Source of the DNA: Gnetum montanum
Taxonomy: Eukaryota > Plantae > Gnetophyta
Reading direction: 5' to 3'
NCBI GenBank assembly: GCA_015680685.1
Contig: MNCI01002984.1
Location: forward strand, 648,248-712,247
Length of the DNA stretch: 64,000 nucleotides
How positions within the stretch are numbered: the stretch's first letter is position 1; each line of letters opens with the position of its first letter. A program made the translations under genes and the position numbers. Under the pieces are notes generated by a model, which did no database searches, was not told the origin of the DNA, and saw nothing but the letters and a program-made list of their open reading frames with translations. This document shows positions 52,301-62,920 of the stretch, piece after piece.

Positions 52301-55300
52301 AGCAACCTGGCTTTCTGTTCTTTTGTTAGCTCATTATCTGCAATCACCAACTCTTTTTCTGTAGGTGCCTTTCAAGCTCTGTTTCATCATCAACACTTAA
52401 TTTAGTCTTGCCTTTGTCTACTCCATAAATGGATCAGGAAACCATTCTAAAATCCCAGCCACTCATGCTATGAATGTGAAGCTAAATCTTGTAGCTCTAT
52501 CATTTAATTGATAACTATGGTCTTTTTGTAAGGGATGAACCATTGTTAGTTAATGAATTCTTTCCAGATGGTTTTGTCGGGTTTAGTTCTATTTTAGAAG
52601 TGATTTTTCTAGAATGTTCTACATTGTTGAAATCCTTCTAGAAGGATAACTTCCACATGTTTATAGATTAAAGTTTGCAATATTTAAAGGCCGCATCCCT
52701 TGGTCATTGTAGGCAAACACCTCATTTAGATCAACTGAATAATAAAAGTTGAGCTTCTCTTGCAGAGGTTTCCCTCTATTCTTAAGGGTTTTACCTTGTA
52801 AATCTTGTCTCTTATTTCCATTTTGCATCAACTACTATTCTAGTTTTGGTCTCAGTTTTGCACTTGATTCACTATTTTCAGAATTTTTCAGCTATATTCT
52901 TTATGTTGTCTTTTGCACATTATCATTTTACTAACTCTATGTTGTTTTTCTCTAACACAATGGTATCAAACCAAGGTTGAAGACTTGCTAATTTTCTCTG
53001 TGACAGATTCTTTATACATGCTAGAGTAAGGTTTTGAAGTGCAGTTTTGCAGAGAACAAAATTTCTGAAAGTCCTGCAATGAGAATTGTGGGAATTCCAG
53101 GTTGCAAGAGTGCTAACTGTGGCAATAAAGAAACAAGTAGGGAGGTAAATTTAGAGGTGTTTCTTTGGATTCACCTGAATTTTTTGTTGCTTCTTTTCGA
53201 GTTTCTTGTGAAGTTATGGATCCAAACATGGCTCTTTTTCAAAAGTTCAATGGATGTTTCTATAGGCTTTGGAAGATGAAGATTATAGATTTGGTATAAG
53301 AAATGGAATGGGATGCTATTTTGACTGGAATACCTTCTTCCATGACCAAGGAAGATTTTCAGATATCAGATTGAAGAGTACTTGGTCTGATTCATAAATG
53401 CATTGCAAATTCAATTCTGACAGAATACCAAGAGGAAAAGCCAATATTAAATTTGCTCAAGAAATTGGATTCAAGGTTCCAAGCTACTACATTTTTCCAT
53501 AGGGCTTTTCTACAGATGAAATTACATCAACTTGGAATACAAGAAGCTAAAATGCTCTATAAGCTTATGGCAAAATTTAAGCTCACAACAGTAAATCTAA
53601 AAGCAGTGGGTCACAAGGTTTCAAATAATGAACACTCGTTGATCTTGTTGAAAGCATTGTTGCGAAGCTCAGATCATGCAGTGACAACAATCAATGTCAA
53701 TACCTGCACAACATTGGACTATGAGGAAGTCATCACCATTCTTGGAGTGGAAGAAGTGCATCATTCTCATAATAGAGAAACTTCACGATGAAATCAAGTG
53801 TTGATTACAAAGAACGTATAAAAAAAGAGGATGTTAGTTTGTTGGAAATGTGATAAATGCAGGCATGCAAGGAGATTGCAAATTTGTTTATGATAAAGTT
53901 GTATATGAAGCAGAAGCTAGAATCAAATTTTGATGTTTATTCTGTTCTCTGAACATGTAAATATAGATGTTGTATGGTTTGCAATGTCTTTTTGTGTGTG
54001 TTTCCAAGTTTATGTTTACCACGTGAAGAGAAATAAATATGCTAACCCTAATGAGGAAATTATTAAAACTGGTCATTTTGAATATCTCTTGTATAAGTGT
54101 GATGCTATCTATTATCTATTTATTCCCACAGGTTAACACAAGACCCCTGTTTTAAAGGGTGTTTGGAAAGCCCTACTGTTATGGTAAAGAGCTTCTAGGT
54201 TTTCAAGTTTTGTAATAAGTGCAATTGTGTTCTCTCTCTCATGTTTCTACCCTTGGTCAATTTAGGAATGGATGTTTTCTCACTAATGACAGTTTTAGTG
54301 GGAACTGTGTCATTGAAGCAAAATGTTATGTGAATGGAGGTGCCTTCATGGAGCATATTCATTGCTAAGGGAGAAGCAAAATTTATCTTCATGTGGGAGA
54401 TTTTTATGAATGTGGAGCAAAATCTCCTAACTCTATTGTTTGAGTAGTAAATATGGTCCTTTCGCAAGTGTTGACCCATTATTGGTTAATGGGTTCTTTC
54501 TAGATGGTTTTGTGAAGTCTATTTTTATTTTTAAAGTGCTTTCTCTAGAATGTTCTCCACCGTTAAAATCCTTCTAAAAGGATAACTTCCAAATGTTTCT
54601 AGATTAGAGTTTGTAACATGGCTTTGCCTATTTAAGGGATAGACACATTGGTTATTGTATTTGAACACCTCATTTGTGTCAACCAAACAATAAGAGTTGG
54701 AGTTCTCCAATGAAGGTTTCCCTGTTTTTTGAGAGCTTTTTTTTATTAATCCTATGTTTTGGTGTGCTAAAAATAGAAAACGGAGAAGTATGTTTTGTCA
54801 GATATGCATGTGTAGGCATGAATTAAGTTCGAGGACATGAGAAGTTGTTTCAGGTCTACTTGAAAGATTTGGGATGTGAGGAAACAGATTTGGAAGATAC
54901 AAGACTTCATCTTTCCTCAACCCTAAATGCAGGGTGGACATCCCAGCCAAGGCTTGGACAAGTTCAAGCAGGAGATCCCAACCCAAGGTGGACATCCCAC
55001 CCAAATGTGAGCTAGGCTTAGGGTGGACATCCCACCTGAATACAAAGGAGTTGCAAAGTGGACATCCAATGTAACGAACCACTTTTCCTTGAATTTTTGT
55101 GTTAACAATTGTAATAGTCATTCTGTGTGTTTGTGTGCATGTTTTGTTGACAACTTGTGTGTGCGCTCTATTTGGACTATGGTGGAAATGGCTAATTGGA
55201 ATAGTAATAAGTTTGTTGACTAGATTTTTATATGTATTATGATTCAATGTTTAAATACTTTATGCATAAGAAATGTGATTTAAAATACATGTTCGGAATG

Positions 55301-58300
55301 TTTTAAAATAATAATAAATAATATATGGGAAAACAAAATATTTTCTGTTCTATTTCAACAGAGATGCTAAGAAACAAAAGAAAAACAGAGGACAATACTC
55401 TAAGGTGTGCTTCAGGAGCTAAAACAGGTATGTTGAGATGCAAAAGAATGCTCATATTGAGGAACTTGACCTATGAATCAAGTTGGAGGAACCTGACCCA
55501 TGAATCAAGGATACTTTGCGCAAATACTGTAACTTTATATTTTATTTTATCTAAATGTGATGCATTGCTCTTTTTAGTTTAAAATAGTAGAGTATAAGTA
55601 CCCTCTCCATTGCTGTAGAAAGGTCACGTGATGACCTTTCAAGGATCGTAAGACGATGGGAAAATTCACATCGCTAATGACCTGAAAAAGAAGGTGCCTT
55701 ATTTGATTATGTATTTTGAATTGCCCTTGTCATGAATCTATTTGAAAACTCTTTCCTTGCATCTTATGACATTTCTAAATGATAAAGAGATAGATATTAT
55801 GTTGGAATGATCAAGAGGAATTGAACCTGAGATCCAGCAAAATCTGAATTCTAAAATATCAAAAATTGTTGATTTAGGAATTGAACTTGCAACTTGTGAA
55901 TATACATACTTTATTGATTTTATTATAGTGATCATGAAGAAAATTGAACTCATGATCCATTGCTGAAAAGTGAGAGAGAAAGAGAGAGATAACTTTAAAA
56001 AGAAAGAAAAGAATACAAACAGTCCCCAATTAGTTAGTTACAAGAAACCAAAGAAAAGAATAAGAACAGTCCCCAACAAGTCAGTTACAAGAAACCATTC
56101 ATTATCCCTTATTCCACCTACAAATAGGAAGAGGAGGAGAGAGGAAAAAAAAGGGACACACACAAGGCAAAAGTAGCTTTGCAGAACAAAAAAGAGAGAG
56201 AGAGAAGGATACATCAACAAGGGGTGTGGCTGCGAAGGAAGAGAAGACTGTCGCTGCTACAAGAGATAGCAAAGAGAAAGAAAACAAGCGCTGCATAGCA
56301 ATCCAATATTCAGATAATTCCTCTTAGTAAGCAAGATATTTAAGCAAGGAGGTAAAATGATCCATCTTTGTTATGTTTGATAATGGCTAGCAAAGGCTGA
56401 TTTTCTCAAACTTTTTTGTTGCTTGTCTAGTCACCTTCACAATGCTTGTATGAAAATATCAAGATTGTTGTTGTAAGCTTAGACTTATTTTTTGGATCTC
56501 TTCGCCCATCGTCTGCACTCTCATACCTAAATGACTTGGATGAGAGTTGTTTCTGTAATGATTCAGAAACACCCATAATGATTTGGGGCATTTTTGGCAA
56601 AGGGTTGCCAACAGGGGCTATGGATCCCTGATATGAGGATTGGTACCGCTGGCAGAAAGCGAGAGTATCCTTGGGCCAATCGATAATTGTGAATTGTTGA
56701 ATTCTTGGATTTTGGTTGGAATTCAGTTGATAAACCCTCCCCTTTTGAATGCATAAATCTTAGATCTGAATCTTGAACTATACTTCTTTTTCCTATACCT
56801 TCTCAAGTCTGATTTTAATATCTTTCTATAAGTTGATGGAGTGGGGGAAAACCTAGGATGTTAATTTATGGTTATGATCTAGCTATTCTCTGCTATTGAA
56901 CATATGAATTTCCTGATTAAATGATTACTAGTAAAAAGGTTACAAGAGTTAAATTCAGATCTTGTTTTTGTGTGTGGCTGGAAATTATAAAATATTATTA
57001 TGTGATTGAACAAATATGAGATTATTATTTTATCTGCTTATGTGGTCATTTCTTTGGTTTTCAAGTGCGCAAATGATCCCGATTAAATATTGCTTTTTAG
57101 GTTGAATGAAAAAAAGCTTTTATCTTTTAATCTAATGCATCTTGCACAAATATTTTACTATGCCTATTTCTTTTTAAAATTATCTCTTAATTCTTAAATT
57201 AATATTGATTGACCTATTCTTGAGCTAGATCTAGGCATTGTTGATTTCATTTTAATTTTATAGGTTAATACTAGTTTGATTGTTGTAGAAAGAAAGCCAC
57301 CTAGGCATTTTCTTCTTTCAACTAGCTTTCTTTTTAGGGGGATTTGGGTGCTAACTCTTGCTCCCTATGAGTGGGTGTTACATCCAAGGTAGTCATTAGT
57401 TGAAAATAAAAAACAACCATTCAATCTATTTTTTTTTTCTTTTTCACTTCAGTCCCACTCATAGTGGCAAGGAAAGTTTGAAGATGATTCATCTACAGAA
57501 GCTTTTTGCCCAGATCATGTTCTACGCCACTTACTTTGGATTTTGCATTTCTACAACTACACTACATGCTCATTCTTGTACATCCTCTTGGCACTTTGCA
57601 TCAAGGCTAAATTGATTGCTTGAGAAGCTGCATCACCATTGCATATTCATTCTCCCAGTGTTGGAATACATTCTAATCTTTGATTCATTGTTTGTATTGA
57701 TTTGCATTCCATTGACTAAGGCTTTTTCATTTCTATTCATTATGCCCTAGCATTGCTCATATTGTGTAGATCAGATTTTAGATCATTTCTCTACACTCTT
57801 CTTTGTATTACTCTCATAGCTCTAAGGAGAGATCCCTATTCCTTTTAGTTTTCCTTGAATGGTTTTTACTTGGATTGCCAACTCTTTGTGTTTTTTCCCT
57901 AAGCGGTTTTTGGTGTGTCTTGTGAGAGCACCATTCTTGTTCTTGGCCTTGCAAGGTTCTTAGGAGTCTTGTGTGATACTAAGCTTGGAGATTTGTCTTT
58001 CACCCTGCAGGGAATGTTATGGTTAGGAATGTGTGGCATTTGAGAATCTACCATTGTGGTGTCCTCATTTCAACGTTATAAAGGTGATGAGCTCTACCAT
58101 GCATCTCAATGAGTGTGCTCTGTTTGGAATTCTAGTTTGATTATTTTTTGTATTTTCTTTTTAAGTTTCAATTTTTATAGAATTCATTCAACACCTGCAC
58201 CCCCACCACCCCACACCCCCCACTCCCTAGTGCACCACTCTTAGTTCATCGATCCACAAGTTTTACATTGTAAGTTCAACCTAAGATTAGTTCTCACTAA

Positions 58301-59780
58301 TTAAAGCAACTCTAAAGATCAAATGCATCACTTATTTGGATTGTTGTTTGGATTAAATTTCTTCAGCTTTGATATCATTGCATGCTTGACAACCTACCTT
58401 GTAAATATGACTTAAGCATTATTGAATAAGTGATGGTCAGGCTGTGTTACACAGGGATGTGTCCTGCCAAAAAAAATAAAATTTGCATTTGGGATGTCCA
58501 CGGGACTGGGACGCATCCCCAAACGTTTCAGGACGTAAATGGGACGTTCAGCATATTTTCAATAACAACTGTTCGTTTTATTCTAAAACCTTGGGAAAAT
58601 AGTTTGCTGTCTAAATTCTGTCACAGATTTTTAAGATATCTCAAGAATAACAAATTTATCCATAAATTTCAATACCTAAAAGCTGAATGTCTTGGGTAGA
58701 CCTATTCTATCTCATGTCCCTGTGACGTCCCATGACGTTCTTGAAAAACCATATTCCCCAAGCATGTTATGGACATGTCCCCAAGTCTCCCCATCCCAAT
58801 GTCCCGGAAACTGGTGAAACACTGTGGTCAGGTGTAACTAACTCGTACTTGCAAGATTACAGAATTTGGATACAAGTTTCAACATGGGGCAGGCAACCTC
58901 CCATCAATTCTTAATTCCTGTTTAAGATGCATAATTGTTGTAGCACTTAGTTTTCCACCACTGCATGTGATACAAAGTGGCAGTCATGCATGTATAGTAA
59001 ATGACGTGATCTGAAATTCCATAATTTTCAACCGGGACAATGTTCACATCTGGTCCATTAACCTACTTATCGCCAATTCAACCATAGAAGGCATAAATAA
59101 GAAAACTGTTAAGTTGAAAAAAAAAACATAAAATCATGAAATGAAACCTGTTGAGAAGGAAGAGAGTCAGCGCAGGGCTGTGGCTTGGGGGCAGGAGGAT
59201 GATCAGGCAGGGCCTGGTTCTTTGGACATCCCAAATCGGCAACTTGCTGAGAAGCGCACTCAGACTGAACCTGAGACTGAGTATTGATTTGCGGTGGAGA
59301 AGGCTCGCTATCCATATCAACGTCCATTTCCATTTCGGTGCAAGCGTCGGCATTATCAGCATCCGCTGCAGCATTTTCAGCGTTGTGAAGAGGAATTTGA
59401 TCTGGTTTTGAGGCTTCCTCGTGAAAGTAGGGTTTCTGGTCCTCGTCTCTCTTTCTCTTGCCAACGCGAACGTTGTTGTTGTTGCTATTGTCGTTGCTAT
59501 TGTCGTTGCAGTTAATGTATATGGAGTCATGTTGCGCATGCAATTGCGATAGATGTTCAGCCTTGGGCTCAGGCAAAGGCTCAGGTTCAGGCTGAGTCTG
59601 AGGTGGAGACTCAAGGTCATGATGATTTTGAAGAAGTTGAAGTCGATTGAAGGCGTGCTGGCGCTTGCGCAGAAGGCGTCTAAAAGTAGCAACACTGATG
59701 GCCGGCTTCGGCACAGGCCATCTGCGCGGAATGTCTGGCACTCGATGCAAGTTCCCTCGGTAAAACGAAAACACTACCAT
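40376..59780 (-). CDS. Uncharacterised plant protein (predicted 428 aa): basic N-terminal motif, low-complexity linker, coiled coil, S/P/Q/G-rich tail
   Basis: Predicted exons 59148-59780 ([40 protein letters not shown]...PSQQ), 42701-42808 ([26 protein letters not shown]), 42301-42561 ([11 protein letters not shown]...DLEEGELED), 41580-41589 (10-nt micro-exon), 40376-40650 (...PSWNQRS*). All junctions are GT-AG; total 1287 nt open. The exon 2 acceptor is the least certain junction, and extra exons in the 16-kb intron cannot be excluded. Confidence 0.8.
40880..40957 (-). mobile_element. Decayed tRNA-like/SINE head in an intron
   Basis: Minus strand TAGCCTTGCATTAAGACTCTTGC...GTCATGGGTTTGATTCT: A/B-box-like at tRNA spacing. 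Confidence 0.4.
43350..44716. repeat. Diverged tandem repeat, 3 units of ~310-400 bp
   Basis: Shared landmarks (AAGGCACTGACAATG, CAACAAGACATA, CCATTGGG...AAGCATA, GATCCTGA.TTTAG, CATGACTGCTATCAATGC) recur from ~43350, ~43749 and ~44061. Confidence 0.85.
44420..44500 (-). mobile_element. tRNA-derived SINE-like insert within the third tandem unit
   Basis: Minus strand TAGCCTAGTAGTAAGGGCC...GGTCACAGGTTTGGTTCT then an A-rich tail; flanked by a ~55-bp host duplication (44296-44350 and 44516-44570). Confidence 0.55.
44717..49387 (-). mobile_element. 3'-truncated CRM-like Ty3/gypsy element in intron 1 of the 428-aa gene
   Basis: Single LTR 48626-49387 (minus: TGATGAGGACAT...CATCA); PBS TGGTATCAAAGC (tRNA-iMet); gag ([10 protein letters not shown]); protease ([11 protein letters not shown]...[10 protein letters not shown]...IFGRPW); RT ([20 protein letters not shown]); RNase H (EVDVSG..IGGVLSQ, YEKELYA); breaks off after the integrase HHCC region. 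Confidence 0.9.
52466..54750 (+). mobile_element. Small non-autonomous copia-like LTR element carrying only a decayed gag
   Basis: Diverged direct repeats 52466-~52957 and ~54402-54750 (second one truncated); PBS TGGTATCAAACC at 52961; purine tract GTGGGAGA before the second repeat; copia gag motifs ([24 protein letters not shown]); no pol. Confidence 0.78.
54930..55070. repeat. Four spaced copies of GGTGGACATCC(CACC)
   Basis: Copies at ~54933, 54987, 55022 and 55058. Confidence 0.8.
55560..58260 (+). mobile_element. Unresolved LTR-like remnants
   Basis: Non-coding with purine/pyrimidine tracts; ends in ATTCA...C-run...CTAG...GATCCACA (58186-58258), resembling the 3' end of Sirevirus-type LTRs. 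No partner LTR or TSD found. Confidence 0.35.
58440..58840. mobile_element. Putative MITE-like element
   Basis: GGGAC(G)-rich left end and (C)GTCCC-rich right end around an AT-rich core; short inverted termini GTTACAC/GTGTAAC. Confidence 0.5.
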
Positions 59781-60287
59781 TGTCGTCTTCTTCTTCCTCC
59801 TCTTTCTTCCAATTGCTACCTACTCTTCGACCAGAATCTCCATCCCTTCTACCCCATTTTACGTTGCCTTTCAATCTATTATATGATTTATGATCTTGGC
59901 ACACGCACGCACCGTCAACAGGCACCAAGCCACTGAGGGTGCGCGTGAGTTATTCAATCATATATTGGATTTTGCACTTCCATGAAATTTGTATTGATCG
60001 TCATCAAATTGAACTCTTTGTCACGACGTAATTGTAGTGTTGATGCAATGCCTGCATTTACGGTTCTTTATGATGATAGACCTTTGCATCAAAGAAATGT
60101 ACGTGATATAAGTTTTATGAAGAAAATAATGATATAGTTGTTCTTGAATAAATCAATTAAATTTGCAACTATAATATCTTATTTATGATTAATGTTCTTA
60201 AATGCAATAAATTGTATTATTGATGAGAATGATGGTTGATGGTAATGGATATTGAAACCCAAAAGATTAACTATAAATACATCCTAA

Positions 60288-60414
60288 GACATATAGCCAA
60301 CATAATACTTTATAAGAATTATAGAAAAATATAACAATGTCTCAAGTGTGACTCAAATTAGTAACCACATGCCTAACAAGAAAATGAGCTAACCTCTTGA
60401 GTCATCTACCACTA
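60288..60414 (-). mobile_element. Dispersed ~125-bp repeat with tRNA-like head (putative SINE), copy 2
   Basis: Similar to 38140-38267. Confidence 0.55.
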
Positions 60415-61158
60415 GGAAATGCAATATTAAAATTTGCTTACTAATTAGCGATACGCTCAACCATATGAATATGAGCGTTTCACGCACAATCCAGTCGAAT
60501 TACAAGGACTAAGTGCTTATGCACCTTTGTGGAACAAGGACGGGTACCTGTATGTCATGATTGTATGGTTAAGTAAGCTTGAGGCATATGATTTTTATAG
60601 CCTTTATGTTTTTATGTCCTCCGCTAGTAGGGAATGAGAGAGGTAACTAAGTGACTAATTTAACTTAACTACTCATTAACTAAGTTCTAACTAATCCTAA
60701 CATCAACATCCATTCCCACTTGCCATACACATCTTGAACTAGTGCAACACTACTGGGATTACCAAACACTAATCGTTACTGGGTTACCAAGTATTACACG
60801 CATGCTTGAAGTGGTCGTGCTTGTGTAATTTAATGATTTGTTTAATTGATCAAAATGAATTGCTGTGCTAATAACAGAAATGTAAAGTGCATAAAATAAA
60901 ATAAAATAAAAGAAATGCGTGAGAAAACAAATCTCAAGTGCTGCAAGGATGAATCAAAGAGCTCATCTTTATTGCCGTACACAAGGTGTGCTCATGTACA
61001 CAATGCTTGAATAAAGATTCATCCACACTTAGACCTCCTGCTACGAGCACTTGGAAAATACTCTAACTTTTAAATAGACTACAAGAGTTTCATTACTTAA
61101 CTGCTAAAATACTTCCTCCTAATTGTGCACCTGGGCACTGTATTTATAGGCTTGGGAG

Positions 61159-61333
61159 CAACTACTCTAATAATTAGAGTAACTGCTCTAATAATTAGAA
61201 TAACTGCTAAAGTAATTGCTAGAGTAACCACTCTAATAATTAGAATAACTACTAGAGTAACCACTCAAGTAACTAGAGTAATTGCTAGAGTAACTGCTCT
61301 AATAATTAGAATAACTGCTAGAGTAACCGCTCT
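61159..61333. repeat. Palindromic minisatellite in the U3 of the element C LTR
   Basis: Units such as TAACTGCTCTAATAATTAGA(G/A) and TAATTGCTAGAG; core CTCTAAT-A-ATTAGAG is an inverted repeat. Confidence 0.9.
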
Positions 61334-61694
61334 CATCATACCCCCATGACTAAATGAAAACTCGTCCTCGAGTTCCTTACAAAATATTGAGAAGGTATGA
61401 GATTATTGACTAATTGACAACTGACAATGGAATGGGATGACAGACTCAACGTGCCCAGTGAACGGATCAATAAACATATTACAACATTAGTGTTCATGAC
61501 CATTGTGGTGAACACTTGTACATAAATGACATCCAAGCCTTTATTTGACAGTTTGAAGAGAAAGAGAGAGAGAGAGAGAGAAGATGGAGCATGTTGCTGC
61601 TAATGCTGAGATTGCACCTTCCGTTGTTTATCCATAGCCATGCCACCAAACTTGCTCCTTTAGTAAATGCTCCAGTTCCAATCCATCCTGAGTG

Positions 61695-61865
61695 NNNNNN
61701 NNNNNNNNNNNNNNNNNNNNNNNNNNNNNNNNNNNNNNNNNNNNNNNNNNNNNNNNNNNNNNNNNNNNNNNNNNNNNNNNNNNNNNNNNNNNNNNNNNNN
61801 NNNNNNNNNNNNNNNNNNNNNNNNNNNNNNNNNNNNNNNNNNNNNNNNNNNNNNNNNNNNNNNNN
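61695..61865. other. Assembly gap (171 N)
   Basis: Run of N. Confidence 1.
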
Positions 61866-62147
61866 AATAAAATGGATGTCATGGATGGGGATGAAATAAG
61901 AAATGATTGATTGCAGGAAATGTTTAAGGGAAAAAAGTTAACAATTGCACCAAAAAGAAATGCCAGTGGGTCCTCCCCAAAGCAGGCTTATGCCCTTTAT
62001 GCCCTGACAAACCCACAAACCAAAGAGTCCGTAGGCTCTAGGAATGTCATTTGGAAGCAAGAGTTAAAAACTTACCCACAAGAATTCACCAAAGAAAAAC
62101 AATGCATCAACCTAGAACAGACTAATGATAAAACTGACAATGAGGTG

Positions 62148-62920
62148 TGATGAGTGGCAAGGTACCCCTACACTCAACCATACGAATACGAGTGTTACAC
62201 GCGCGATCCGGTTGAACTCCAAGGACTAAGTGCTTACACGCCTTATGGAACACTTAAGGTTAATCAATCGTTGTCTTCCCAAACTTACTTGTATTGTCAC
62301 AGTTGTATGGTTAAGTAAGTCTGAGGTATATGATCTTTATAACTTTTATCTTTTTATCGCCTATGCTAAGAGAGGAAAGGGTGAAGAGACTAAGTAACTA
62401 ACTTTCACTAACTAAGCTTTAATCATCCTAGCATTAGTATCCGTTCCCACTTACCGTACACACCCTGAACTAGTGCAATGCTACTAGGATTACCAAACGC
62501 TATTCGTTACTGGGTTACCAAGCGTAGCACACGTGCTCGAAGCAGCCGTATTGAATGCACTTAACTAGGAGTTGAGGGTTGCGAGAGATTAATTATCTAA
62601 GAAAGCATTTATGCATTTAACATTAATTAAATCCCAATTAGCTTAGTCCATGCATTGCAAGGTTTATCAGAAAGTTCGTCTTTATTTTCGTACACAAATG
62701 TGTGTTTAGGTACAATTTGCTTGAATAAAGATCCGTTTACTTTGAGACTTCTATTGCAGGCACATGGAAATTGTTCTATCTCTGGAATGGTAAAACTGCC
62801 AGAGTTTAGCTAAGGATCTAGATCTACATGAGGAAACAAGGGAAAGCAGCCTCTTATTTATATACATGCGATATCGCAGCCCATGCGATATCGCAGCCCA
62901 TGCGATATTGCGTCCCATCA
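62148..62920 (-). mobile_element. Solo LTR (Athila type) inserted in element C
   Basis: TGATGAG...CCATCA, homologous to the other Athila-type LTRs; perfect 5-bp TSD AGGTG (62143-62147, 62921-62925); no adjacent PBS or PPT; flanks rejoin into sequence homologous to element A ~13370. Confidence 0.92.

Noticed and set aside
59078-59936. Overlapping alternative-frame and antisense ORFs (205, 127, 86, 82, 73 aa)
   Set aside because: Shadows of a GC-richer, low-complexity exon; the 59680-59928 ORF starts at TTG, so it is not a credible uORF.
61125-61349. 74-aa repetitive ORF (TALIIRIT...)
   Set aside because: Translation of the LTR minisatellite.
61591-61910. ORFs spanning the N run
   Set aside because: Artefacts of the assembly gap.
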